Shown here piece after piece: positions 17,126-27,027 of a stretch of DNA of 64,000 nt. Source of the DNA: an uncultured Polaribacter sp. (lineage in GTDB: Bacteria; Bacteroidota; Bacteroidia; Flavobacteriales; Flavobacteriaceae); contig OX044349.1 of assembly GCA_943846585.1 (NCBI GenBank), forward strand, positions 1,028,008 through 1,092,007, in the 5' to 3' direction. Every line of letters begins with the position of its first letter. Positions within the stretch are counted from its first letter, which is position 1. The translations under genes were made by a program, and so were the position numbers. The notes under the pieces are model-generated. The model saw only the letters and a list, made by a program, of their open reading frames with translations. It was not told the origin of the DNA and ran no database searches.

Positions 17126-18481
17126 ATGAACCTACATTTTATTGCTATTGGCGGAAGCGCAATGCACAACCTCGCTATTGCACTGCACTTAAAAGGAGAT
17201 CAAATTTCTGGAAGTGATGATGCAATTCATGATCCATCCAAATCTCGCTTAGCTAAATACGGTTTATTGCCCGAAGCATTTGGTTGGTTTCCAGAAAAAA
17301 TACATACAGGTATTGATGCAATCATTTTAGGAATGCATGCTAAAAAAGACAATTTAGAATTGTTAAAAGCACAAGAATTAGGATTGAAGATCTATTCCTA
17401 TCCAGAGTTTTTATACGAACAATCTAAAAATAAAACCCGAGTAGTTATTGGAGGTTCCCATGGAAAAACAACCATTACTTCGATGATTTTACATGTCTTA
17501 AATTATCATGAAAGAGCAGTCGATTATATGGTGGGGGCACAACTAGATGGCTTTGAAACCATGGTGCACTTAACAGCAGAAAATGATTTCATTGTTTTAG
17601 AAGGCGATGAGTACTTGAGCTCACCCATCGATAGACGCCCAAAATTTCATTTATACAAACCGAATATTGCTTTGTTAAGTGGAATTGCCTGGGATCATAT
17701 CAATGTTTTTCCAACTTTTGAAAACTATGTGTCCCAGTTTAAAATATTTACAGACGCTATGGTACACGGTGGTATTATGGTTTATAACGAAGAAGATGCT
17801 ACCGTAAAAGAGGTTGTGGAATCTTCCGAAAATCATATTCAAAAATATCCCTATCAAACCCCCAAGCACTTTATCGATAATGGTGTTACCTATTTAGAAA
17901 CCTCTGAAGGAGATTTGCCTTTAGAAGTGTTTGGTACCCACAATTTACAGAACTTGGCAGGAGCAAAATGGATTTGCCAACACATGGGCATTGATGAAGA
18001 TGATTTTTATGAAGCAATTGCAAGTTTTTCTGGGGCAAGCAAACGTTTAGAGAAAATTGCAGAAAACGATACGAGCGTAATTTTTAAAGATTTTGCACAC
18101 TCACCCTCTAAAGTAGCAGCAACCACCAAGGCTGTTAAAAAACAATACGAGAACAGCAATGTGTTAGCCTGCCTAGAATTGCATACCTATTCGAGTTTAA
18201 ATGCTGTTTTTTTGGAAGAATATAAAGGAGCTTTGGACGCAGCAGATAAAGCGGTTGTTTTTTATTCACCGGATGCCGTAAAAATAAAGCAATTAGAAGC
18301 AGTAACTTCAGCACAAATTGCAAAAGCATTTCAACGAGAGGATTTGATTATTTATACAAATCCGCAAGAATTTAAAGCGTTTTTATTTGCTGAAAACCTA
18401 AAAAATACAGCACTTGTATTCATGAGTTCGGGCAATTATGGTGGACTAAATTTGGAAGAAGTTAAACACCTGGTTTCGTAG
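17126..18481 (+). CDS. mpl: UDP-MurNAc:L-Ala-gamma-D-Glu-mDAP ligase (murein peptide ligase, MurC-like)
   Basis: HFIAIGGSAMHNLA, GGSHGKTTIT, LEGDEY, WDHINVF, DFAHSPSKV, MSSGNYGG. ATG at 17126 (track starts at TTG 17120). Confidence 0.85.
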   Translation: MNLHFIAIGGSAMHNLAIALHLKGDQISGSDDAIHDPSKSRLAKYGLLPEAFGWFPEKIHTGIDAIILGMHAKKDNLELLKAQELGLKIYSYPEFLYEQSKNKTRVVIGGSHGKTTITSMILHVLNYHERAVDYMVGAQLDGFETMVHLTAENDFIVLEGDEYLSSPIDRRPKFHLYKPNIALLSGIAWDHINVFPTFENYVSQFKIFTDAMVHGGIMVYNEEDATVKEVVESSENHIQKYPYQTPKHFIDNGVTYLETSEGDLPLEVFGTHNLQNLAGAKWICQHMGIDEDDFYEAIASFSGASKRLEKIAENDTSVIFKDFAHSPSKVAATTKAVKKQYENSNVLACLELHTYSSLNAVFLEEYKGALDAADKAVVFYSPDAVKIKQLEAVTSAQIAKAFQREDLIIYTNPQEFKAFLFAENLKNTALVFMSSGNYGGLNLEEVKHLVS

Positions 18482-18564
18482 GTAATCTTTCAAAAATACA
18501 ACGCTAAAATATTTTTTATCCAAAGTAGATACTGAAAAAATTTTCTACAAAAAACAAGTTCTCT

Positions 18565-18729
18565 TTATCCGTCATTATTGAAGACTTTAGAAACTGTTTT
18601 AATCATTTCATCATTCTTAGAATAGGTCAATTGGTAGCATTTTAAAGAAGCAAACCAATCTAAGAATACCTGTGTATTTTATTCTTTTGGTGAAATCCAA
18701 GAATCTGGAATCAACTGAGAAAAAGCTTT
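18565..18729 (-). pseudogene. Remnant C-terminus of a lost conserved flavobacterial hypothetical gene
   Basis: Minus frame reads KAFSQLIPDSWISPKE*NTQVFLDWFASLKCYQLTYSKNDEMIKTVSKVFNNDG* (one internal stop at 18679-18681); protein-like and, from recall, similar to a Flavobacteriaceae C-terminal motif; may extend with frameshifts to ~18845. Confidence 0.55.
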
Positions 18730-18849
18730 TATATAACTTTATTTTTCTGAACGAATTTCCAACTTTCATTTTCTGTTTGGATATTTTGAGCACCAAAAGA
18801 AAGTATTTGCTGTTAAAAGAACTCCTTGAGGCTGTCAATGGTTTGAGAA

Positions 18850-20349
18850 TTAGTTTTTTCTCCAAAAAAATGGAGTAAATAAAATCAATACCGTAAACAA
18901 TTCTAAACGACCAATCAACATTAAAAAGGAGCAAAACCATTTTGCTGCACTCGATAAATGTGTAAAATTATCTACTGGGCTTACAGAGCCAATTGCTGGG
19001 CCAATATTCCCTAATGAGGAGGCCGCTGCACCCAATGCAGATGTAAAATCCAAGCCTAGAAGAGTTAATGTTACAGAGGCCATTATAAAGATGAGCATAT
19101 AGATGATAAAGAATGAAATAATATTAAATACAATTGTATGGCTAACGGCTCTACCGTCATATCTTACCGGAATAATTGCATTGGGATGAAGTGCTTTTTT
19201 AAATTCTAGAAAACTATTTTTGAGCATTACAATATGTCGCATCACCTTAATTCCTCCACTCGTAGAACCAGCAGATCCACCAGAGAAAAACAATGCAAAA
19301 AAGATTCCTGTGGCAAAGAAACTCCACATGGTAAAATCTGCAGAGACAAAACCAGTTGTAGTTACTATAGAGGTTACTTGAAAAAGCGCATGTCTTATGG
19401 CACTTTCATTTTCTCCAAATATAGCTGGATGTTGAATTGTTGTTTGTAAGTTTGGATCTTGAAAAAACAGAATTATTATTGCAATAGTTGCAGAAATTCC
19501 AATAATACCAAATAAGTAATATTTAAACTCTTCACTTTGAAATACTTTTTGAATTTTTCCTTTCAAGGCAAAATAGGTTAGTACAAAATTTGTACCTGCA
19601 ACTAGCATGAAAAAGATGACAATATATTGTACAAATGGCAAATGATTATAGTATGCCATACTGTTGTTTTTAGTGGAAAAACCACCCGTGCTAACAGTAG
19701 ACATGGCATGGTTTATTGCGTCAAACCAAGTCATTCCTGCAACCTTAAGCAATAAGAACTCAACAAAAGTTAACAGCACATAAATGAAGTACAATCGTTT
19801 TGCAGTATCTGTAATTCGTGGATGTAATTTATCTGCTGATGGTCCTGGCGCTTCCGCCATAAACAATTGCATCCCTCCAATTCCTAGGAGTGGTAAAATG
19901 GCAATAGTTAAAACAATAATCCCCATTCCTCCAATCCAATGAGTTGCACTTCTCCAGAATAAAATTCCTTTTGGCATGGATTCAATATCTGTTAAGATTG
20001 AAGATCCGGTGGTAGAATATCCAGAGATGGTTTCAAAAAAGGCATTGGTAATATTGGGGATGGCCCCAGATAAAAGATAGGGTAGCATTCCTGTGATGGA
20101 GAGCGTTAGCCAACCCAAAGTAACAATTAAGTAGCCTTCCTTTTTTTGAATGGTGGTATTTTTTGGTTTGTTAGTGAAGTAGAGTAAGCCACCCAGTATC
20201 ACCGTAATAATTCCAGAATTCAAAATTCCCCACATTTCAGCTTCGCCTTGAAAGTAACTAAAAGGAAAAGCAATAAACATAAACAACCCATTTAAAACAG
20301 CAGTAATGCCTAGAAAACGGTAAATTATTTTTGTGTTTATATTTTTCAT
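18850..20349 (-). CDS. trkH: Trk potassium uptake membrane protein
   Basis: FFETISGYSTTGSS, HWIGGMGIIV, STGGFS, TTTGF, GSTSGGIK, SSLGNIGP, MLIGRLE pore-loop motifs. Confidence 0.95.
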   Translation of the reverse strand: MKNINTKIIYRFLGITAVLNGLFMFIAFPFSYFQGEAEMWGILNSGIITVILGGLLYFTNKPKNTTIQKKEGYLIVTLGWLTLSITGMLPYLLSGAIPNITNAFFETISGYSTTGSSILTDIESMPKGILFWRSATHWIGGMGIIVLTIAILPLLGIGGMQLFMAEAPGPSADKLHPRITDTAKRLYFIYVLLTFVEFLLLKVAGMTWFDAINHAMSTVSTGGFSTKNNSMAYYNHLPFVQYIVIFFMLVAGTNFVLTYFALKGKIQKVFQSEEFKYYLFGIIGISATIAIIILFFQDPNLQTTIQHPAIFGENESAIRHALFQVTSIVTTTGFVSADFTMWSFFATGIFFALFFSGGSAGSTSGGIKVMRHIVMLKNSFLEFKKALHPNAIIPVRYDGRAVSHTIVFNIISFFIIYMLIFIMASVTLTLLGLDFTSALGAAASSLGNIGPAIGSVSPVDNFTHLSSAAKWFCSFLMLIGRLELFTVLILFTPFFWRKN

Positions 20350-20350
20350 C

Positions 20351-21697
20351 TTAATTAAAAAGACCTTCTACGGTGCTAATGGCTTCGGGTAAACAGAAGA
20401 CGATTACTTTGTCTCCATCTTGAATTTGCATGTCTCCAAAAGACATCATTGCGTTTCCGTCTCTAATAATTCCTCCAAAGACAGCTTCTCTTGGAAAGCG
20501 TAAATCTTTAATAGGCGCTTTTGTTATTTTTGCATTGGGTTGTACTTCAAATTCAAAAACTTCGGCGTCAATATTGTGTAAATTAGCCAATGCCAAGATT
20601 TCTCCTTTTCGAATGTGTCTAAAAATATTGCTCGCTGCGATTAGTTTTTTATTGATGAGAGATTCAATTCCAATAGTTTGAGAGATGTCTATATAATCCA
20701 TGTTCTCTACTAAAGCAATTGTTTTTTTAACTCCCTTCGATTTTGCAACTAAACAAGACATGATGTTGGTTTCTGAATTGCCTGTAACAGCAATAAAGGC
20801 ATCCATTTCTCGAATGTTTTCTTCTTCTAAAAGTTCTAAATCTCTACCATCCCCATTAATAACTAATGTATTGCCTAATTCTTCTGCTAAAGCGGCTGCT
20901 TTCTCTCTATTTTTTTCAACCAACGTTACTTTAAAGTTGTCTTCACAAAGGTTTCTAGCAGTTTTTTCACCAATACTACTACCGCCTAAAATCATCACAT
21001 TTTTTATGTTCAAATGTTTTTTTCCAATAATTGGATATAATTTTTTGATGCTATAGTTTGGTACAGAAAAATAAACTTGATCGTCTACCTCATACTTCGT
21101 ATCTCCACGTGGAATGATCGTTTGAGAAACCCCCTCTCTTTTAATGGCAATCGTAATAAAATCGACATCAGAGAATTTCTTTTTTGCTTCTTTTACGGTT
21201 AAATCAACAATCGGCGATTTGAAAGTAAGGGTCGTACCCATTACATTAAATAACCCATTTTCAAAAGCAACAGTTTCGTTAAAGGAAGATTGATTTAGTT
21301 GCATCTTAATTTCGTCTGCAGCCAATTCTTGCGGAGAGATCATGAAATCCACTCCAAAGTCTTTGAAATTAATTTCAGTGGTATTTAAAAACTCAGTACT
21401 ATCTATTCGTGCAATTGTTTTTTGAACACCTAAAGATTTTCCAATCACACAAATCGTAAAATTTGTGTTGGGGCTATCTGTGACTGCAATTAGTAAATCT
21501 GCAGAATCAATGCCAATCTCTTTTAATAATTGAATAGAAGTGGCATCACCCTTTTTGGTAATCACGTCTAAATGATTATTCAAGTAGTTTAACTTCTCGG
21601 AGTCAAAATCTATAATATACGTATCCTGAGATTCGTAGGAAAGGAGTTTAGCTAAGTGAAAACCTACATCTCCGGCACCAGCTATAATAATTTTCAT
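20351..21697 (-). CDS. trkA: Trk potassium uptake NAD-binding regulator
   Basis: Two RCK domains: MKIIIAGAGDVG and VMILGGSSIG; INGDGRD, DAFIAVT. Confidence 0.95.
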   Translation of the reverse strand: MKIIIAGAGDVGFHLAKLLSYESQDTYIIDFDSEKLNYLNNHLDVITKKGDATSIQLLKEIGIDSADLLIAVTDSPNTNFTICVIGKSLGVQKTIARIDSTEFLNTTEINFKDFGVDFMISPQELAADEIKMQLNQSSFNETVAFENGLFNVMGTTLTFKSPIVDLTVKEAKKKFSDVDFITIAIKREGVSQTIIPRGDTKYEVDDQVYFSVPNYSIKKLYPIIGKKHLNIKNVMILGGSSIGEKTARNLCEDNFKVTLVEKNREKAAALAEELGNTLVINGDGRDLELLEEENIREMDAFIAVTGNSETNIMSCLVAKSKGVKKTIALVENMDYIDISQTIGIESLINKKLIAASNIFRHIRKGEILALANLHNIDAEVFEFEVQPNAKITKAPIKDLRFPREAVFGGIIRDGNAMMSFGDMQIQDGDKVIVFCLPEAISTVEGLFN

Positions 21698-21820
21698 ATT
21701 TAAAATATAGAAATAGACCGCTAATATAAAAAAGAGTTCGCCAGAAAACGTAAAAAAAACTGTTTTTAAGTGTTTTTAGCTATTTTTTGTACTTTTAGTT
21801 AAAAATTGTGCACGAAAAAA

Positions 21821-22231
21821 ATGACCATAAAAGGACGGGCTTTAGATTATAGACCCCGAAAGAAATTAGTATTAAAGTGAAAAAAATCGCTTTCAGATGC
21901 GGAACTAATAGCCATTTTAATTGGATCAGGAAGTAGAAACGAAAGTGCTGTTTCTTTAGCTAAAAAAATATTAATTTCCGCCAACAATAACCTGAACGAG
22001 TTGGCAAAACTATCTGTTGAAGAATTAATCAAATTCCACGGAATTGGAACTGCAAAAGCTATTGCCACTATTACAGCCTTATAACTAGTGAAATTAACTC
22101 CGAGTGCTGCAGAAAAGGAAGTCACTCAAAAAATTAAAGATGCGGGGAGTACTTTAGATATAAAATTGCTCAATCATTTAATTATTACCGAAAAATCGTA
22201 TTTTAGCTTTGCTGATGATGCAATTTTGTAA
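21821..22231 (+). pseudogene. radC: radC (UPF0758/JAB) pseudogene with two nonsense codons and an in-frame internal deletion
   Basis: 137 codons: MTIKGRALDYRPRKKLVLK*KKSLSDAELIAILIGSGSRNESAVSLAKKIL...FHGIGTAKAIATITAL*LV|KLTPSAAEKEVTQKIKDAGSTLDIKLLNHLIITEKSYFSFADDAIL*. Stops at 21878 and 22082; the EEF...HNHPSG JAB core is missing. Confidence 0.9.
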
Positions 22232-22266
22232 ATTTACCATTCTTAACACTCATTCAATCCTTTTAT

Positions 22267-23571
22267 TTGATACTCGTTTACACACATAAGATTACTCCAA
22301 GAATACGATATGTTTTCAAACATATTTTTACGAGGACTTTGTTAATTACAGTCGACTTTACTTCAAAAATTGAAGATTTTGTTGCTCACAATGGACCTAA
22401 AATGTCCTATACCAAGAATCCATTAGGAAGCGAGTTTTTTGTTCGAAGTAGTGATCTTATGTTCGAACAAGGTGTTAACGATATGGAGATAAATGTTTCC
22501 AAATGGGATGCTGTTCCTTGCTTTTTTAATGCAGGTTCAAAATCATCCATTCCTTATGACATTTTTGCTGCTAGTTTCTATTTAATTTCACGTTATGAAG
22601 AGTACTTACCCCACGTAAAAGATATACATGGCCGATTTACCGCTGAACAAAGCATCGCCTATGAACATCAATTTTTAGAAAAACCAGTAATCGATATTTG
22701 GGCATATAAATTTTTATCAATTTTTAAAGAAAAGTTTCCAACTTATACCTATCCTAAAAGAAAATATAAATTCATTTCTACCATAGATGTAGACAATGCA
22801 TTTGCCTATAAGTATAAAAGTTTACTCCGATCTGTTGGTGGGTTTTTAAACGACATTTATACACTAAAATTTTTAAATGTTATCAATCGATTTGCAGTTC
22901 TATTTAATCTTAAGAAAGACCCATTCAACACTTTTGATAAAATTTTAGCCTACAAGAACAAATATAAAGTAACAACACTCTTCTTTTTTTTAATTGCCGA
23001 TTATACCACCTTCGACACCAATGTGTCAAACGCAAAACCTAAATTTAGATTGTTGATTAAGTCCATTGTCGATTATGCTAAAGTTGGCTTACATCCTTCT
23101 TATTTTACGATGCAAAACAGCACGCTTTTAAAGAAAGAAAAAGAACGGTTGGAAGACATTACCAATATGCCAACAAAAAGATCGCGACAACATTATCTGC
23201 GTTTTAGTCTTCCAGAAACCTATCAAAATCTAATAGATTTAGAAATCGAAGAAGATTATTCGATGGGCTATGCCAGCAATGTAGGTTTTAGAGCAGGAAC
23301 TTGTACTCCTTTTTATTTCTATGACTTGGATTTTGAAATACAAACTCCTTTAAAAGTATTTCCATTTGCTTTAATGGATACAACTTTAAATGACTATATG
23401 AAGTTAACACCAAAGCAGTCTTTGGGGAGAATAAGAGACTTAAAAAATCAAGTAAAAGCAGTAGATGGACTCTTTATTACCTTATTCCATAACGAAAGTT
23501 TGAGCAATTATTTGCGTTGGAAAGGTTGGATAAGACTTTATGAATCCATGCTAAAAATCGCTACTTCATAA
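22267..23571 (+). CDS. Polysaccharide deacetylase-family protein (DUF7033-type N-terminus)
   Basis: DIFAASFYLISRYEEY, STIDVDNAF, VGLHPSY, RQHYLRF, DYSMGYA, GFRAGTCTPF, LFHNESL; TTG start. Confidence 0.85.
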   Translation: MILVYTHKITPRIRYVFKHIFTRTLLITVDFTSKIEDFVAHNGPKMSYTKNPLGSEFFVRSSDLMFEQGVNDMEINVSKWDAVPCFFNAGSKSSIPYDIFAASFYLISRYEEYLPHVKDIHGRFTAEQSIAYEHQFLEKPVIDIWAYKFLSIFKEKFPTYTYPKRKYKFISTIDVDNAFAYKYKSLLRSVGGFLNDIYTLKFLNVINRFAVLFNLKKDPFNTFDKILAYKNKYKVTTLFFFLIADYTTFDTNVSNAKPKFRLLIKSIVDYAKVGLHPSYFTMQNSTLLKKEKERLEDITNMPTKRSRQHYLRFSLPETYQNLIDLEIEEDYSMGYASNVGFRAGTCTPFYFYDLDFEIQTPLKVFPFALMDTTLNDYMKLTPKQSLGRIRDLKNQVKAVDGLFITLFHNESLSNYLRWKGWIRLYESMLKIATS

Positions 23572-23573
23572 AG

Positions 23574-24437
23574 ATGATATATTGCATTAAAAGAAAGGAT
23601 TTAGATGTTGAGAAATATGATGCTTGTATTGCCGCTTCTGTGCAATTCAGAATCTATGCATTTTCATGGTATTTAGACGCTGTGTCCAAGAATTGGGAGG
23701 TCCTAATTTTGAATGATTACGAAGCTGTGATGCCGCTTCCCTGGAAACAAAAATATTTTTTAAAATACATTACACAACCTTTTTTTTGTCAGCAATTAGG
23801 AATCTTTTCCCTAGTACCTATTACTATTGGAATTCAGGAAAACATGATTCGTAGGATTCCTAACAAGTTCATTAGAACTTCAATAAACTTCAATTCTGAT
23901 AATTTTTTGAATTCTAACATGAAGTTGAAAAAAAATGCGCTTTTAACAATAGAAAATGCGTATGAAAACATTTATAAGAAATTTAATAAAAACAGAAAAA
24001 GAGCCTTAAAAAAAGCAAGTTCATTGGGATTTACTTTTGAAGAAAACATCGCTCCAAATGAGTTTTACGATTTTTATGTATTGAATGATAAAAATCATCT
24101 TACCCACATTTCAATGAAAAAAGTACTTCAAAATATTTTAAATTTAAAGACGCGTGCTGTTCAATGTTATGGGGTCAAAAGTAATACAGTTTTAATTGCT
24201 GGAGTGTTGCTTTTAATAGATAGCAAAAGAATTACCTATTTAATACCTGTTGCTAGTGCGTTTGGGAAAAAGAATGGTGCGGCAACCTTACTTGTGGATC
24301 AAATTATTAAAAAGTATCGGCATAGCCATCAAATTTTAGATTTTGAAGGTTCTATGATTTCTGGAGTTGCTAAATTCTATGAAAGTTTCGGGGCAGTGTA
24401 TGAAGACTATCCTACTTTTTCGAAAAATTTTATTTAG
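23574..24437 (+). CDS. GNAT/FemAB-like acyltransferase of surface-glycan loci
   Basis: YAFSWYLDAV, VMPLPW, QPFFCQQLGIF, RKRALKKA, LDFEGSMISGVAKFYESFGA. Confidence 0.65.
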   Translation: MIYCIKRKDLDVEKYDACIAASVQFRIYAFSWYLDAVSKNWEVLILNDYEAVMPLPWKQKYFLKYITQPFFCQQLGIFSLVPITIGIQENMIRRIPNKFIRTSINFNSDNFLNSNMKLKKNALLTIENAYENIYKKFNKNRKRALKKASSLGFTFEENIAPNEFYDFYVLNDKNHLTHISMKKVLQNILNLKTRAVQCYGVKSNTVLIAGVLLLIDSKRITYLIPVASAFGKKNGAATLLVDQIIKKYRHSHQILDFEGSMISGVAKFYESFGAVYEDYPTFSKNFI

Positions 24438-25026
24438 GAATTTTTCTGTGAAATTTCATCTCAGCGAGCGTTTCTTCATAAGGCTTATTTTCTTTCATTA
24501 CTTTGCAAGGGTTGCCAACGGCAATAGAATTAGACGGAATCTCTTTACAAACAACAGACCCAGCGCCAATAATTACATTGTTCCCAATACGTACTCCCGG
24601 AAGTACAATACTATTTGCACCAATAAAAACATTGTCACCAATAATAATTGGAGCTGTTTTAGTATGTTCCGAATGTCTTGTGTGCGCATGATTTGCAGAG
24701 ATGATTTTTGAGCCCGTTCCAAAACCTACATTATTCCCAATAATCAATCCGTTATTAGCTTGTACATATACATTTGGATTGTCTCCCGGATCGCATAAGA
24801 TCCCTTTTTTAATATTTTCAGGAGCCAATACCTTAGAAGTAAAATGAACCGGCCAACTTACTTTTGGGTTGAGTCGGAATAGTTTTTGGGGTATCCAATA
24901 ATGAAAAAAAAGGATGTAATACTTTTGATACCCATACTTTTGACGAAAGTATGTTGGATATAAAAAATGAATCAAATGCCCAAAGATTAAAAAATCTAGC
25001 CTTTCAAATAAAGTCGGTTTTATCAT
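24430..25026 (-). CDS. Hexapeptide-repeat O-acetyltransferase
   Basis: IIGNNVGFG, ISANH, IIIGDNVFIGANSIVLPGVRIGNNVIIGAGSVV, AVGNPCKV. Confidence 0.88.
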   Translation of the reverse strand: MIKPTLFERLDFLIFGHLIHFLYPTYFRQKYGYQKYYILFFHYWIPQKLFRLNPKVSWPVHFTSKVLAPENIKKGILCDPGDNPNVYVQANNGLIIGNNVGFGTGSKIISANHAHTRHSEHTKTAPIIIGDNVFIGANSIVLPGVRIGNNVIIGAGSVVCKEIPSNSIAVGNPCKVMKENKPYEETLAEMKFHRKIPK

Positions 25027-26279
25027 GAGTAGGATTGTTTTTTTATAATTTTCAAAAAATAAATAGTTAATACCAAATAAGCAATACCTCCCAAAAAAGA
25101 TAGTATGTATATTGTATGGGTTAGGTCATGCATTATAAAGCCAATATAAAAAGCAAAACAATTAATAATTAAAAGAATTGCATTGAAGAGCAAACTTATA
25201 TTGTTTTTATCTAAAACAACAATGATATTGCTAATTGGACTAAATGAGGATCTGCTTAAAACAAGAAAAGAAAGAAGAAGTAAATACAGTCTTAAATTGA
25301 CCCAATTGTCTGTTAAAAACATTTCTAATAAGTAAATACCTATGGTATTTATCAGTACTAAAAATAAAAACATGGTTCCAACATTAAATCGAATGATTTT
25401 TTTTGTGGTTTTTAAAAGCTCTTTTTTTGAGGTGTTCACAAGGCTAGATGCCTTTTCAAAGTATACAGTTGAAATGGAAGAGGAAATTATAAAGAGCGGC
25501 ATTGTTAAAATCTTTTGACTGAAAAAATAAACGCCCGCATCCTCAAGACTAAAAAAAGCAAAGATGAATAATGGAATCGACTGTGATGCTAAATTGCTTA
25601 TAAACCTAGAGGGAAGTAAGAAGGACATTACAGAGGTATTGACACTCAGATTTTTTTTAATAATCTTAAAATCGATTGCATTGAAGTGTTTTTTATTTTT
25701 AAAACTAAAATATAAAGTGACAATTAGCAATGAAATAAACGAGCTGTAAACCAATCCATAAACGCTAAATTTTACATAAAAGGCAAATTGAAAAAAAACA
25801 TTGATGAAAACTAAAAGTACTTTCGCAAATGAAATGGGAGAAAAATCTTTGTGACTGGTTAAGTAAAATTCATGCGTTTTATTGTAACTTAGAAGAATGG
25901 CACTCAAAACAGCGAGTATCAAAACATTGATTTCTATTCCTTTGTCAAAAAAAATAACATAAAACGGAAGGAATACTAAGGTGCCAACAATAGTCATTAT
26001 TGGAATGAGCATGAATAGAAAATTAAACCAATGATGTCGCGTTAATTTATCTTTGCATGTTACAATATAATTATCTAATTGTAGCGAGTTAAAAACAGAT
26101 ATTATTGAAGAGAAACCAATAAAAACACTTAAAATGCCATAGGCTTCACTACCGTATATTTTTGCAATAAAAAGAGCACTAATAACTGCAATAATTTGTG
26201 CAATTAAAGTACCTTTAAACATTATAAGAATATTCTTGTAAAAAGTAGATAAATGGTTTTTGTTTACTTTTGGAGTCAA
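25023..26279 (-). CDS. Wzx-type oligosaccharide flippase
   Basis: KGTLIAQII, YGSEAYG, about 12 TM segments, F+..+G.Y region (FFSLEDAGVYFF); 4-bp overlap with the acetyltransferase. Confidence 0.8.
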   Translation of the reverse strand: MTPKVNKNHLSTFYKNILIMFKGTLIAQIIAVISALFIAKIYGSEAYGILSVFIGFSSIISVFNSLQLDNYIVTCKDKLTRHHWFNFLFMLIPIMTIVGTLVFLPFYVIFFDKGIEINVLILAVLSAILLSYNKTHEFYLTSHKDFSPISFAKVLLVFINVFFQFAFYVKFSVYGLVYSSFISLLIVTLYFSFKNKKHFNAIDFKIIKKNLSVNTSVMSFLLPSRFISNLASQSIPLFIFAFFSLEDAGVYFFSQKILTMPLFIISSSISTVYFEKASSLVNTSKKELLKTTKKIIRFNVGTMFLFLVLINTIGIYLLEMFLTDNWVNLRLYLLLLSFLVLSRSSFSPISNIIVVLDKNNISLLFNAILLIINCFAFYIGFIMHDLTHTIYILSFLGGIAYLVLTIYFLKIIKKQSYS

Positions 26280-26307
26280 AAAATAATTTTTATCAAATAT
26301 AAAACAA

Positions 26308-27000
26308 TTGACACGTATTAAACACGTCTTTTTTGATTTAGATCATACGCTTTGGGATTTTGAAAAAAATTCAGATCTTACTTTTCAAAAATTATTTAAG
26401 GAGTATCAAATTGATCTTGATATTGCTGTTTTTTTAGATGTTTACAAGCCCATTAATTTTAAGTATTGGCGTTGGTATCGACAAGAAAAAGTGAGTAAAG
26501 AACAACTGCGTTATCAAAGATTGAAAGAAGCATTTGATACTGTTCATTTTTCTATTTCCGATGAATTAATAGATACATTGGCCATTCAGTATATAGAATT
26601 AATGCCAAACTTCAATCATCTTTTTGAAGGAGCTATCGATATTTTAAACTATTTGAAAGACAAATATCAATTACATATTATTACCAATGGATTTCAAGAA
26701 GTGCAAGACAAGAAAATGAAAAGTTCAAAGATTCAGCATTATTTCGATCAAGTAATTACCTCGGAGTCTGTTGGAGTTAAAAAACCAAATCCATTAATTT
26801 TCGAACATGCTTTGAGTGTTTCAAAAGCCACAAAAGAAAATTCAATTATGATTGGAGATAGCTTAGAAGCCGATATAGAAGGAGCGATCAACTTTGGGAT
26901 GAAGGCAATTTATTTTAACTCAGAAAATAATATAAATAATAGCAAAAACAACTTGTTTTTAACTGTAAGATCACTCCCAGAGATTAAGCAATACTTATAG
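26308..27000 (+). CDS. yjjG: YjjG-family HAD pyrimidine nucleotidase
   Basis: FFDLDHTLWDF, ITNGF, GVKKPNP, MIGDSLEADI; TTG start. Confidence 0.9.
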   Translation: MTRIKHVFFDLDHTLWDFEKNSDLTFQKLFKEYQIDLDIAVFLDVYKPINFKYWRWYRQEKVSKEQLRYQRLKEAFDTVHFSISDELIDTLAIQYIELMPNFNHLFEGAIDILNYLKDKYQLHIITNGFQEVQDKKMKSSKIQHYFDQVITSESVGVKKPNPLIFEHALSVSKATKENSIMIGDSLEADIEGAINFGMKAIYFNSENNINNSKNNLFLTVRSLPEIKQYL

Positions 27001-27027
27001 TTTTTTCAAATAAAAAATTTAATAATT

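Noticed and set aside
18617-18940. ORF-track calls 18617-18940 (-) and 18672-18878 (+) as small proteins
   Set aside because: Neither looks like a known protein, the first overlaps trkH, and a third frame explains the region better as a pseudogene remnant.
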